Part shown: positions 28,092 through 37,512 of the stretch, piece after piece
Numbering within the stretch: the first letter of the stretch is position 1
Layout: each line of letters opens with the position of its first letter
Source of the DNA: Deltaproteobacteria bacterium
Lineage (GTDB): Bacteria; Myxococcota; JACRCW01
Length of the DNA stretch: 43,590 nucleotides
Assembly (NCBI GenBank): GCA_016218805.1
Contig: JACRCW010000117.1
Coordinates: 1-43,590 of the forward strand
Direction: 5' to 3'
The notes under the pieces: model-generated
The model's input: only the letters and a program-made list of their open reading frames with translations
Database searches by the model: none
What the model was told of the DNA's origin: nothing
Position numbers and translations under genes: made by a program

Positions 28092-29780
28092 ATGCTGCGT
28101 TTCCTGAAAGTGCTTCTGCTCACCGCCGTGGCTTCTTGCGTTTCCATAGCGGGGTGTTCCGGTCCCGCTGGTGAAGAGAATGTCGGGTCATCATCTTCCG
28201 GGGCTTCCGGAGCCGGCAGTTCTTCCGCAGGAGGTGGCGGCTCTTCCTCTGGCAGCAGCTCTTCCTCTGGCGGCGGCTCCTCCTCAAGCAGCAGTTCATC
28301 CTCTGGCAACAGCAACGCTTCATCCGGCACCGGCGCATCATCCTCCCGCACATCATCATCCGACGCGTCGTCATCCATCGCATCGTCGTCTTCATCGTCT
28401 TCATCGTCCTCCGCGTCTTCTTCTTCCGGCGGTGCCGGCGCATCCTCATCCAGCGCTGCGTCCTCCTCAGTGGCCAGCGGAACTTCGCCTTCCGGCGCTT
28501 CGTCTTCCGCGGGCAGTGCAAGCCCCAGCAGCAGCTCCACCGGCGGGTGCGTCATGGAAGGGGTTGCGTTCTCTGCGGAGGAAGCGGCGTGCGCGTTGCA
28601 GTTCTTTTCTCAGATGGACTGCAGCGCCTGTGACGGGCTGTTTGACTCCAGGATCTGTGAGGACGCCATCAATGATCCGGCGCTTTGTACCGTGGGCACC
28701 ACGTGCACCGGCTGCACAGACAATGACACCCGCGCTGACGGGGTGAGCTGCGCGGAGATTGCAGCGTATGACTTCTTTGCCTCCGCGGCAGCCCAGGACC
28801 TGCTGTCCTTTGTGCAACAGAATCCGTGTGGCGGTGCCTCCAGCAGCAGTTCCAGCAGCAGCAGTCTCAGCAGCAGCAACTCCAGCAGCAGCGGCGGCTC
28901 CGGCACGTGCACCGTCCGCGAGGACTGCAGCTTTGGATATGCCTGCCGCGGCAGCACATGCGTGCCGGCAAACAACGGCGATCCATGCGTTCAGGACGCG
29001 GCGTGCGGCGTGGGCCAGTTGTGCACAAACAGCACTTGCACGGTGGAATACTGCAGTTTTGACGGGCGCACGGACGGGTGCCCAACGGCGTCCATCTGTC
29101 AGGCGGGCCACTGCGTGCGGGTTTTGGAGAATGCGCCCTGCCTGACCTGGAGTGACTGCGGGATGTACCAGTTGTGCCAGGCCGGGCACTGCGTGACGGA
29201 CGAGACTCCCGCAGCGAACTGCAACAACTATGATTGCGGCACCTGTCACATCCCCCTGTCCACTTCCTACGTGTGCGCCAACGGTCACTGCCTGGAAATG
29301 GGTCCCAACGCGGACTGCCAGGTTGACTACGAATGCGGTCAATTCTGGTACTGCGGCATTGGTGAGAAAGGCTCCGGCAATCTCAAGCAGTGCGCGCTCA
29401 ACTACCGCACCACCGGGTGCCCCTACTGCCGGGATGGCTACACCTGTGAATCCCGCACCATGTTATGCGGCAGCCAGAACTCTCACGACGTGTGCGTCTA
29501 CGTTCCCCTGGGCAGCATGTGCGGCAGCACGTATCAATGCGGTGCCAACCGGCTGTGCCGCAACGGCGTGTGTGAGGTGGCAGACGGCTCCTGTCCCAAC
29601 GGCATCACGGACTGCCCCAACCACTACGGCTGCGAGGCCGGGCAGTGCGTCAACTGGAGCACCCGCAACTGCAACACCAGTTCTCAGTGCGGCATGGGTG
29701 ACTGCTGCCAGGCAAGCCCGCACGTGCCTCCGTACGCGGGCTTCTGCGTGGACTGGAATCTGGTGGTGAGCTGCCTGTAG
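28092..29780 (+). CDS. Ser-rich, Cys-rich repeat lipoprotein
   Basis: Lipobox IAG-C, two poly-Ser linkers and many C-x4-C-x4/5-C-x4-C modules. Confidence 0.85.
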   Translation: MLRFLKVLLLTAVASCVSIAGCSGPAGEENVGSSSSGASGAGSSSAGGGGSSSGSSSSSGGGSSSSSSSSSGNSNASSGTGASSSRTSSSDASSSIASSSSSSSSSSASSSSGGAGASSSSAASSSVASGTSPSGASSSAGSASPSSSSTGGCVMEGVAFSAEEAACALQFFSQMDCSACDGLFDSRICEDAINDPALCTVGTTCTGCTDNDTRADGVSCAEIAAYDFFASAAAQDLLSFVQQNPCGGASSSSSSSSSLSSSNSSSSGGSGTCTVREDCSFGYACRGSTCVPANNGDPCVQDAACGVGQLCTNSTCTVEYCSFDGRTDGCPTASICQAGHCVRVLENAPCLTWSDCGMYQLCQAGHCVTDETPAANCNNYDCGTCHIPLSTSYVCANGHCLEMGPNADCQVDYECGQFWYCGIGEKGSGNLKQCALNYRTTGCPYCRDGYTCESRTMLCGSQNSHDVCVYVPLGSMCGSTYQCGANRLCRNGVCEVADGSCPNGITDCPNHYGCEAGQCVNWSTRNCNTSSQCGMGDCCQASPHVPPYAGFCVDWNLVVSCL

Positions 29781-29969
29781 GGCGCACCCATCTCCGGGGC
29801 CACGGGGCGGCGGACGCCACGCGGTCCGCGCCGCAGGGGGTGGCCTCGGACGGGCCAATGGGCGCGGATCGGCGGCGCCATTCCGCTCTATCTGCACGCG
29901 CCGTCTCGACCTGGGCCCAACACGGCGGTGGGCTTCCCCGGACCCCGCCGGGTGCAGCAGGATGGCGGC

Positions 29970-31370
29970 ATGACAGCGCGCGACTACGACGTGGTGGTGA
30001 TTGGCTCCGGGCCGGCCGGTGAGGGCGCGGCGATGAAGGCGGCCAAGAGCGGGCGCCGGGTGGCGGTGGTGGACCAGCGGCCGGTGGTGGGCGGGAACTG
30101 CACGCACACAGGGACCATCCCATCCAAGGCATTGCGGCACGCCATCCAGCGCATGGTGGACACGCAGCAGGCATTCCCGGAACTCCACGGTGGCGCGGGC
30201 TGGCCGGGCAAGTCATTCCCCGAGTTGATGCGCACCGCGAGCCGGGTCATTGCACAGCAGGTGCAGGTGCGTTCCACGTTCTATGAGCGCAACCGCGTGG
30301 ATGTCCTCACTGGGCGCGCGCGCTTTGTGGACGCGTCGTCCGTTGAGATCGCGGATGCGCGCGGGGCCACTGAGCGGGTCGCCGCGAAGGCGTTTGTGAT
30401 TGCCACCGGGTCACGCCCGTACCATCCGCCCAACGTGGACTTCCGCCACGCGCGCGTGTTTGACAGCGACCGGATCCTGGACCTGCAAGAGACACCGGGC
30501 AGCCTCACCATCTACGGGGCCGGGGTCATTGGCTGCGAATACGCGAGCATGTTCCGGCTGCTGGGTGTGAAGCTCAACCTGGTGAACACGCGGGACCGGC
30601 TGTTGAGCTTCCTGGACGACGAGATTTCCGACGCGCTGGGGTACCACCTGCGCGAGTCCGGCGTGCTGGTGCGGCACAACGAGGAACTGCAGCGGGTGGA
30701 AACGCTGGACGACGGCGTGGTGCTCCACCTCAAGAGCGGTAAGAAAGTCAAAACGGACCTGCTGCTGGTGGCGAACGGGCGCACCGGCAACAGCCAGGAC
30801 CTGGGCCTGCAGGAGCTGGGCATCGCCGTGGATGGGCGCGGCAACGTGCAGGTCAATGAGGCCTACCAGACCGCGGTGCCGCACGTGTACGCGGTGGGAG
30901 ACGTGGTGGGGTTCCCGTCGCTGGCGTCAGCCGCGTATGACCAGGGGCGGTTTGCTGCAACGCACCTGGTGGAGGGGCGCCTGGAGCGGGCGTTGGTGAA
31001 GGACATCCCCACGGGCATCTACACCAGCCCGGAGATCAGCTCGCTGGGACGCACGGAGCGCGACCTGACGATGGCGGGCATCCCCTACGAAGTGGGCCAC
31101 GCATTCTTCCGCAGCCTGGCGCGCGCGCAGATCACCGGGCGCACCGTGGGGATGCTCAAACTGCTGTTCCACCGGGAGACGCGCGCGCTGCTCGGCGTCC
31201 ACTGCTTCGGTGACAACGCGTCGGAGATCATCCACATCGGCCAGGCGGTCATGGCGCAGCCGGACGGCGCCAACAGCATCGACTATTTCGTCAACACGAC
31301 GTTCAACTACCCGACGATGGCGGAGGCGTACCGCGTGGCGGCGCTCAACGGGCTGAACCGGCTGTTCTGA
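29970..31370 (+). CDS. sthA: Soluble pyridine nucleotide transhydrogenase
   Basis: [39 protein letters not shown] and C-terminal [25 protein letters not shown]. Confidence 0.96.
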   Translation: MTARDYDVVVIGSGPAGEGAAMKAAKSGRRVAVVDQRPVVGGNCTHTGTIPSKALRHAIQRMVDTQQAFPELHGGAGWPGKSFPELMRTASRVIAQQVQVRSTFYERNRVDVLTGRARFVDASSVEIADARGATERVAAKAFVIATGSRPYHPPNVDFRHARVFDSDRILDLQETPGSLTIYGAGVIGCEYASMFRLLGVKLNLVNTRDRLLSFLDDEISDALGYHLRESGVLVRHNEELQRVETLDDGVVLHLKSGKKVKTDLLLVANGRTGNSQDLGLQELGIAVDGRGNVQVNEAYQTAVPHVYAVGDVVGFPSLASAAYDQGRFAATHLVEGRLERALVKDIPTGIYTSPEISSLGRTERDLTMAGIPYEVGHAFFRSLARAQITGRTVGMLKLLFHRETRALLGVHCFGDNASEIIHIGQAVMAQPDGANSIDYFVNTTFNYPTMAEAYRVAALNGLNRLF

Positions 31371-31388
31371 TGACGCGGCGGGCGCGGG

Positions 31389-32297
31389 TCAGGACGCGCC
31401 TTTGATGAACGCCGCCACCACGTCTTCAATGTGGTCCGCATAGGGCTGGTTGCTCCTGGGCAGGCCGGGGACCGCGGTCACCGGGCGCCCACACTTCTCC
31501 GCAGCGAATTCAATCTGCGCGGTGGGAAACCACGACTCGGTGGCGAACACCGCGGCCTTGCGCGCCCGACCGAGCGCGATGAGTTGCACCATGTGCTGGG
31601 GGGACGGCGGGATGCCGGGCTTGGATTCCACGTAGCCCACCTGGTCCAGCTGCGCCCAGCGCGCAAAGTAGTTGAGGCTCTTGTGGTAGCTCACCAGGCC
31701 CTTGCCCTTGAGGACGGCGAGCCGCGTCTCCCAGGCCTTGATGCGCCCCTCAATTGCCTTGGCAAAGTCCGCCGCGCGCTTGCGGAACGCGTCGGCGCGT
31801 TCGGGGTCCAGTGACACAAACCGTTCCGCCAGCCCGTTGGCGACGAGGACCGCGTTGTGCGGGTCCTTCAGGTAGTGCGGGTTGCCGCGCGGGTGGATGT
31901 CACCCTGGGAACGGTCCACGGGCCCGGTGGGCACGTCCGTGGGCATGATGAAGCTGGAAGCGTCAATGTAGCCGGCCCCGCCCAGCTGGATGTTCCCGTT
32001 GCGCGCGCCCTTGAGCAGCGTGGGCAGCCAGCCCACTTCCAGCTCCAGGCCCACCACCAGCAGCGCGTCCGCGCGGCTCAGCGGCAGCAGCAAGGACGGG
32101 CGCGGGTCCACAAAGTGCGGGTCCTGTGACGGGTTGGCCAGCGTGATCAGCTCACCGTCCTTGCCCAGGACCTCGCGCGCAATGCTGGCCACGTCCTCCA
32201 CGGTGGCAACAATCTTCAGCGCGTGCGCGGCGGGTGCGGCGGACCACAGTGACAGCAACGCGGCCAGCGGCAGCGTGAGCGAACGGTTGATGGACAT
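31389..32297 (-). CDS. Zn/Mn ABC transporter substrate-binding protein (ZnuA/TroA-like)
   Basis: Signal peptide; QDPHF, GLELEVGWL, GDIHPRGNPHY, YHKS and ESKPGIPPSPQH motifs. Confidence 0.9.
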   Translation of the reverse strand: MSINRSLTLPLAALLSLWSAAPAAHALKIVATVEDVASIAREVLGKDGELITLANPSQDPHFVDPRPSLLLPLSRADALLVVGLELEVGWLPTLLKGARNGNIQLGGAGYIDASSFIMPTDVPTGPVDRSQGDIHPRGNPHYLKDPHNAVLVANGLAERFVSLDPERADAFRKRAADFAKAIEGRIKAWETRLAVLKGKGLVSYHKSLNYFARWAQLDQVGYVESKPGIPPSPQHMVQLIALGRARKAAVFATESWFPTAQIEFAAEKCGRPVTAVPGLPRSNQPYADHIEDVVAAFIKGAS

Positions 32298-33694
32298 CAC
32301 TCCTCCTCCTCGTCGTTGGAATCCACCGCCACCAGGGACACCCCCGGCGTATCCGAGGGACCGACGGTGAGCACAAAGCCCCCCGTTGGCAGCGGGAACA
32401 CCCACAAATGCCCGATGTGCCGCGGCTGGCTTCCGCAGTTGCCCGGCACGTCCGGCCGCCCGAGGTCCGCTTCCGGCACCACACCGCCACCGGTGTGGGC
32501 AATGGCCACGGGCACACCCTCCTCCTGCATCACCATCCAGACGACGCTGTCGTCGCGGATCTTCGCGTGGTCCAGGTGGAGCCAGCCCCAGTACTTGTTC
32601 CCAATGGGGTGCAGCTCCACCCACGTCCGCCCGTGCTTCACCTGCAGGCGTGCGGCCGCACCACCGTCCGTCCACAGCCCGGCGGGTGTTGCCGCGGCGG
32701 TGACGGTGCCCAGCTCGGGGCCGTCGTTGAGGTGCTCGCAGCCGTCCACCGCAAACGGCGCCCACGGGGAGGGCCCCGGTCCCGCGTCCGGATGGTAGGT
32801 GTCGTCGTCCGGGTGCGGCAGCAGGCGCAGCGGGTTGCCCTGCAGGCCCAGGTCCTCCCAGGACGGCAACGCGGGGTCCAGCAGCGGGACCGGACGCACG
32901 TCCTGCTTGCGGCTCACGTCCAGCGTGGCGGTGGCGTCTTCAGAAACCAGCAGGCGGATGGCCGCCACGTCACCCGGGGCGTACGTGGCGTCCAGCACGC
33001 GCCGGTGGTTGCGCAACTCCAGGTTGGCGAACTCCACCTCATCCAACAGCCCGTCCGGCAGCAGCAGGCGCAGCGTGGCGACGACGATGGGCTCGCGCTC
33101 CGCGGATACCTCCAGGTCCCCAGGTTGCGTGAACGCGGCGGATGTCAGCTCCGGCACCTCCACTCTGAAGGGCACCCACTCCGCGGAGCCCGCGGATTTC
33201 ACGTGCCCGCGCAGGACCAAGGTGGCGGGCTCCAGGAGCAGTGCGCTCCACGCTCCCGCGGGGACCGGCTGGACGGGAAGCTCCACCTCGTGCGGGTCCT
33301 GCAGGTTCAACAGGGCGGGCCCGGGATACTCGGTGGCCTGGGCGCCCGAACCCGCGCCGCCGCCCGCCAGCTCCTCGTAGGACACCAGTTTCCCGTCGCA
33401 ATGGCAGTGCCCGCCGTGGCAGAGCGTGCAGCCGGGCGGCGGGTTGGCCTCGTCAAAGGTGCCCGTGCCGGTGGTTGCCGCGGCGGCGGACGTGGACAGG
33501 CGCAGTCCCGGCGTTGTGAATTCCGCAGCGTTCAGCTCCACCTGGTAACCCAGCGCGGTGACCCACGTGCCCAGGCCGGCGGGAGTCCAACTGGCCGAAA
33601 GACGGACGCGGAGTTCCGTGGTGGAGCGCCCGTTGTTGAGCGTGCACGCGGTGGCAGCGGACAGCAGCAGCAGCGTGGTGGAGAGTGCGCGCAT
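32297..33694 (-). CDS. Cys/His-motif lipoprotein in metal uptake operon
   Basis: Lipobox ATA-C, FDEANPPPGCTLCHGGHCHC motif and a second domain starting GCEHLNDGP. It is translationally coupled to the binding-protein gene. Confidence 0.8.
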   Translation of the reverse strand: MRALSTTLLLLSAATACTLNNGRSTTELRVRLSASWTPAGLGTWVTALGYQVELNAAEFTTPGLRLSTSAAAATTGTGTFDEANPPPGCTLCHGGHCHCDGKLVSYEELAGGGAGSGAQATEYPGPALLNLQDPHEVELPVQPVPAGAWSALLLEPATLVLRGHVKSAGSAEWVPFRVEVPELTSAAFTQPGDLEVSAEREPIVVATLRLLLPDGLLDEVEFANLELRNHRRVLDATYAPGDVAAIRLLVSEDATATLDVSRKQDVRPVPLLDPALPSWEDLGLQGNPLRLLPHPDDDTYHPDAGPGPSPWAPFAVDGCEHLNDGPELGTVTAAATPAGLWTDGGAAARLQVKHGRTWVELHPIGNKYWGWLHLDHAKIRDDSVVWMVMQEEGVPVAIAHTGGGVVPEADLGRPDVPGNCGSQPRHIGHLWVFPLPTGGFVLTVGPSDTPGVSLVAVDSNDEEEE

Positions 33695-33702
33695 GGTGGG
33701 CC

Positions 33703-35229
33703 TCAGAAGGCGTGCGCGCCGTGCGCGCCAATGGCAAACTCGACGGCAAACAGGATCGAGTGCGTGGGGGTGGAACGGTAGAACGGCCGGTCAAAGCTGT
33801 ACTGCGCGCGCAGGCGCGAGAACTCGCTGGGCCACACGGACAGCGCCGTGCTGGCGCGCGCGCGCCAGGTGGTCCACTCCGGGTCCGTGGGGTCACCGCC
33901 GTGATAGGACTGCGGGATCCCGCTGCCGTAGTCCAGGCGCGCGGCCACCGCCCCGCGTGACGCAAACCGCCAGAACACCTGCGCGTAACCGCCGTGGTCC
34001 ACCAGGACACCACCCGGCACCTGCCGCCGGCGGTAGATCCACTCCGCCGTGAATGAGACGATTTGGTAGGTGACCTCAAACGCGGGGGCCCACGCGGGGT
34101 TGCCCGGCAGCGGGATGCGCCACGACGGAAGCGCAGCGCCAATGGGCCGCCACTTCAGGTACAGGTCCGCGCCCAATAACTCCGCGCGGTGGTCGCGGCC
34201 GTCAAACTGCGGCAGGCCCACTTCGCCGGTGCCGGTCTCATCCACCCCGCGGCGCAGCCACCCGTTCTCCGGGACAAAGTCATTGAGTGACAGCGCCTGG
34301 AAGCGGCCGGTGTAGTGCGGGCCGGTGGCCGCAGTGAGCCCGCCCGCCAAGGACAGGCTGTCACCCAGCGGCACAAACGAGCGCAGCGCGGCATTGAGCT
34401 GCAACAGCCGCGGGTCCGCCGCCCATTGCGGGTTGTTGCCCAGGAACGAGCGCGCGGTGGAACCGCCCGCGGCTTCGTTGGCGGAGAACACCAGTTCCAC
34501 GTACCAGGGCAGGGGCGTGAGCCAGGAGATTTCCGTCGCCACGCCGCGGTTGCCTTCCGGGCCAAACACCTTGGCCCAGTACATGGGAATGTCCAGGAAA
34601 TCCCAGGCGTGCAGGTGCTTGGTGTTGGCGCGCCCAAAGCGCGTGAGGAACTGGCCCACACGTGCCTGCAGCCCGTACGGCAGGTCCGTGGTGGTTGCGT
34701 AAAATTCCTCCACCTCCAGGCCAAACTGCTGGATGACCACGTTGCCGTCCGCGCGGAAGTACGGGTCCACCGCGGCACCCACGGCCAACTCCATCTGCTG
34801 CATGTTGAAGCCGTTCTTCTGCGGCGCGTGCCCGCCCGTCGGCAGCGGCTTGTCATTGGAGAACAGCGCAAAGGCAAAATCGCCAATGAACGAAATGTCC
34901 GGATTCATGTTCGCGGTGGACGGCAGCGTCATCACGGACGGTCCCGCCTGGGACGGGCGGCCCGGCGCCTCGGACGATCCCAGCACGTACGGTGAGCCGC
35001 TGGTGGGACCGCCCGGCTGCCCACCGGACTGCATGTCCTTCTTCATTGCGGCTTCCAGTTCCTTCATCTCTTCAGGCGACAGCCCAACCTCTTCCGCCGC
35101 GGCGGGCGGGCCGGCGTCAACCTCCGCAATGCCGGCGTCCACGTCCGCAGGAGGAAACACGGCGTCCTGTGCCCGCACGGGCACCGCCCACAGCAGCAGG
35201 CAACCGGCAACCAGCAGTGGCCGCACCAT
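33703..35229 (-). CDS. Outer-membrane beta-barrel protein associated with Zn uptake
   Basis: AGGAGGT RBS, signal peptide, NPDISFIGD, AVDPYFR, FGRANTKHLHAWDF, SEFSRLRAQY and C-terminal GAHGAHAF. Confidence 0.85.
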   Translation of the reverse strand: MVRPLLVAGCLLLWAVPVRAQDAVFPPADVDAGIAEVDAGPPAAAEEVGLSPEEMKELEAAMKKDMQSGGQPGGPTSGSPYVLGSSEAPGRPSQAGPSVMTLPSTANMNPDISFIGDFAFALFSNDKPLPTGGHAPQKNGFNMQQMELAVGAAVDPYFRADGNVVIQQFGLEVEEFYATTTDLPYGLQARVGQFLTRFGRANTKHLHAWDFLDIPMYWAKVFGPEGNRGVATEISWLTPLPWYVELVFSANEAAGGSTARSFLGNNPQWAADPRLLQLNAALRSFVPLGDSLSLAGGLTAATGPHYTGRFQALSLNDFVPENGWLRRGVDETGTGEVGLPQFDGRDHRAELLGADLYLKWRPIGAALPSWRIPLPGNPAWAPAFEVTYQIVSFTAEWIYRRRQVPGGVLVDHGGYAQVFWRFASRGAVAARLDYGSGIPQSYHGGDPTDPEWTTWRARASTALSVWPSEFSRLRAQYSFDRPFYRSTPTHSILFAVEFAIGAHGAHAF

Positions 35230-35322
35230 GATCACCTCCTTGTCAGCCCACGCCCGCGCGACGGGAACCCACCCGCGGGCGTTGATTCGATTCTCGCACG
35301 GACCAGGCACCCACCGAGCCCG

Positions 35323-35652
35323 GGCTCGGCAGGAGCCTCGCCCTCCCAGCGCGGTCGTCGTCGATGGAACCGCGCAGGGCGATCCCCCCAGCGCGGTCGT
35401 CGTCGATGGAGCCACACGGGGCGAACCACCCAGCACGGTCGGCGTCGATGGAACCCCACGGGGCGAACCACCCAGCGCGGTCGGCGTCGATGGAACCCCA
35501 CGGGGCGAACCACCCAGCGCGGTCGGCGTCGATGGAACCCCACGGGGCGAACCACCCAGCGCTGTCCGCGTCCAGGGAGCACCACGGGGCGAACCACCCA
35601 GCGCTGTCGGCGTCCAAGGAGCACCACGGGAGGGCGAGCCTCCTGGCGAGCC
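35323..35652. repeat. 42-bp tandem array (6 full units plus 1 partial) bounded by inverted REP elements
   Basis: Units start at 35345, 35387, 35429, 35471, 35513, 35555 and 35597, with consensus CCCAGCGCGGTCGGCGTCGATGGAACCCCACGGGGCGAACCA. REPs lie at 35323-35347 and 35628-35652. Confidence 0.92.
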
Positions 35653-35727
35653 CGCGGCAGCGCGTGGGGCCGCCCGACAACGTGGCTCAGGACCGGACCC
35701 ACCGCGCACGGCCGCCGACTATCAATA

Positions 35728-35744
35728 TTGCGACCGAGTTGCAA
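35728..35744. promoter_or_regulatory. Candidate Zur/Fur-family operator
   Basis: TTGCGAC-CGA-GTTGCAA is one mismatch from a perfect 7-3-7 palindrome. It sits in an AT-rich patch upstream of the barrel gene. Confidence 0.5.
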
Positions 35745-35750
35745 CATGGT

Positions 35751-36611
35751 TCAGTCCCGGTTACGCACGGCAGCGACGAGCATGGCGATTCCGCAGCAAG
35801 CGCACGCCAGCATGGTCTGCGATGCGCCGACGGGGAACCGGTAGAGGAACGCCAACAGGTAGCCGCCGCCGCCGCAGGCGAGCCCGAGCGCGGGCGACAG
35901 GATCAGCACCAGGCCCAGGCGGTGGCTGAGGGCCAGCGCGGTCATGGCCGGCAGCACGCTGAAGGCGAACACGGACATGGCGCCGATGGCGTGCGTGGTG
36001 AAGGCCACCGCGACGCCAATGGAGAGGAACAGGAAGAAGTTCAGCCGGGCCACGGGGAGGCGCTGCACGCGCGCGCTCTGCTCGTCAAAGCTGGTGAAGA
36101 TGAGCCCGCGCTGCATCAGTAGGTGCAGCGGCAGCAGCACCGCGGCGGTGCCCACCGTCAGGTAGAAATCCACCGTGCGCACCACCACGCCGGGACCAAA
36201 CAGGATGGCGCTCACGTCGTGCGCTTCCTGCGTGATGCGGTCGCCCACCAGCACGGCACCGGATGCGCCCAGCAGGTAGCCCAGACCCAGCAGGCCTTCA
36301 CGCGTGAGGCGGAACTTCTCCGTGTTGCGCATGAAGAAGGCCATGGCGCCCAGCGCAAACAGCAGCGCGCCGCCCACGGGTTCCGCCAGGCTCTTGGGCA
36401 GCAGGCCCAGCACGTCCGCCAGGAACGTCAGTGACACGCCCAGCGCCGCGGCCTGTGACAGCGCCGCTGACACAAACACCATCCGGCGCAGGACGATGAA
36501 CACGCCGAGGTAGCCCAGCAGCAACCCTGCGCACATGCCGGTGATCACCGGGTCCCGGAACAGGTCCCACGCGTCCAGGAACTCGCGCAGGGTGGGTGCG
36601 CCCTCGCTCAT
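35751..36611 (-). CDS. Zn/Mn ABC transporter permease (ZnuB-like)
   Basis: LGVFIVLRRMVFVSAALSQAAALG, ILFG and SFDEQSARV motifs; ATG 36611 overlaps the upstream stop. Confidence 0.92.
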   Translation of the reverse strand: MSEGAPTLREFLDAWDLFRDPVITGMCAGLLLGYLGVFIVLRRMVFVSAALSQAAALGVSLTFLADVLGLLPKSLAEPVGGALLFALGAMAFFMRNTEKFRLTREGLLGLGYLLGASGAVLVGDRITQEAHDVSAILFGPGVVVRTVDFYLTVGTAAVLLPLHLLMQRGLIFTSFDEQSARVQRLPVARLNFFLFLSIGVAVAFTTHAIGAMSVFAFSVLPAMTALALSHRLGLVLILSPALGLACGGGGYLLAFLYRFPVGASQTMLACACCGIAMLVAAVRNRD

Positions 36612-37414
36612 GCGTGACTCCCGTGGTCGTGGTCGTGGTCGTGCGTGTGGCCCTTGTGTTCCGCCGTGCGCAGGTCGCACTCCACGTGCTCCAACTCCTT
36701 CATCAGGTCGTTGGCCTTCTCCTGTCCGTACAACTCCGCAAACGTGGGCGACGAGAACACTTCACGCGCGGTGCCGGACACCACCACGTTGGTGGTGCGG
36801 TCCACCAGGAACACCTGCTCTGCGTAGTGCGTGGCCACGCTGAGCTCGTGGTTCACCATGACCACGGCCATCTTCCGTTCGCGGCGGATGCAGTCCACCA
36901 GCATCAGCATCTCGCGCTGGGCCACCACGTCCATGGCGGCGGTGGGCTCGTCCATGAACGCCACCTCGGGGTCCGCCACCAGCGCGCGGGCAAACAGCAC
37001 CCGCTGCTTCTGTCCCTCTGACAGTGAGTGGAAGATCTGTGCGCGCAGCTTCCACGCATCCACCGACTCCAACGCGGGCTGGATTTCCCCGTCGCGAATG
37101 CGCGGGATGCCCAGGAAACCGCCGGCCTTGAGCAGACCCATGGAGACCACTTCGCGCACGGTGAGCGGGTAGATGGCGTCGTACGCCAGGCGCTGCGGGA
37201 TGTACGCAATGCGCAGGCCCGGCTTGTGGATGACCTCGCCGGAGACCGGGGGAATCAGGCCCAGCACCGTCTTGAACCACGTGGATTTCCCGCTGCCGTT
37301 CCGCCCGACGACGCAGCAGAACACGCCGGGCTCAATGTCCACTTCAATGCACGGCAACATGGGCACGCCGCCGTAACCCACCACCAACTTCCGGCAATCA
37401 ATAAGGGCCGCCAT
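36608..37414 (-). CDS. Zn/Mn ABC transporter ATP-binding protein (ZnuC-like)
   Basis: GRNGSGKST, YIPQR, LSEGQKQRVLFARAL and MDEPT motifs; His-rich tail HKGHTHDHDHDH. Confidence 0.93.
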   Translation of the reverse strand: MAALIDCRKLVVGYGGVPMLPCIEVDIEPGVFCCVVGRNGSGKSTWFKTVLGLIPPVSGEVIHKPGLRIAYIPQRLAYDAIYPLTVREVVSMGLLKAGGFLGIPRIRDGEIQPALESVDAWKLRAQIFHSLSEGQKQRVLFARALVADPEVAFMDEPTAAMDVVAQREMLMLVDCIRRERKMAVVMVNHELSVATHYAEQVFLVDRTTNVVVSGTAREVFSSPTFAELYGQEKANDLMKELEHVECDLRTAEHKGHTHDHDHDHGSHA

Positions 37415-37512
37415 GCGCGCACCCTACACGCATCCCCCTGGCGTCGTCGCCTGTGGCTCGGGGTGGTCCCGTGGCAGGATGCCCCGCCGTCAGCCGGGTT
37501 GCGGGAGGGCGC

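Noticed and set aside
24987..35326. Shared AGCCCGGGCT palindrome next to both the MITE (24987-24996) and the REP array (35317-35326)
   Set aside because: It is only 10 bp and GC-rich, and each copy is explained by its own local palindrome.
35345..35630. CRISPR array
   Set aside because: Units are contiguous near-identical 42-mers with no unique spacers, and no cas genes are present in the window.
35230..35709. 160-aa repetitive N-terminal extension of the barrel ORF (TALGGSPRGVPS repeats)
   Set aside because: A strong AGGAGGT RBS and signal peptide mark ATG 35229. The open frame is a by-product of a 42-bp GC-rich repeat.
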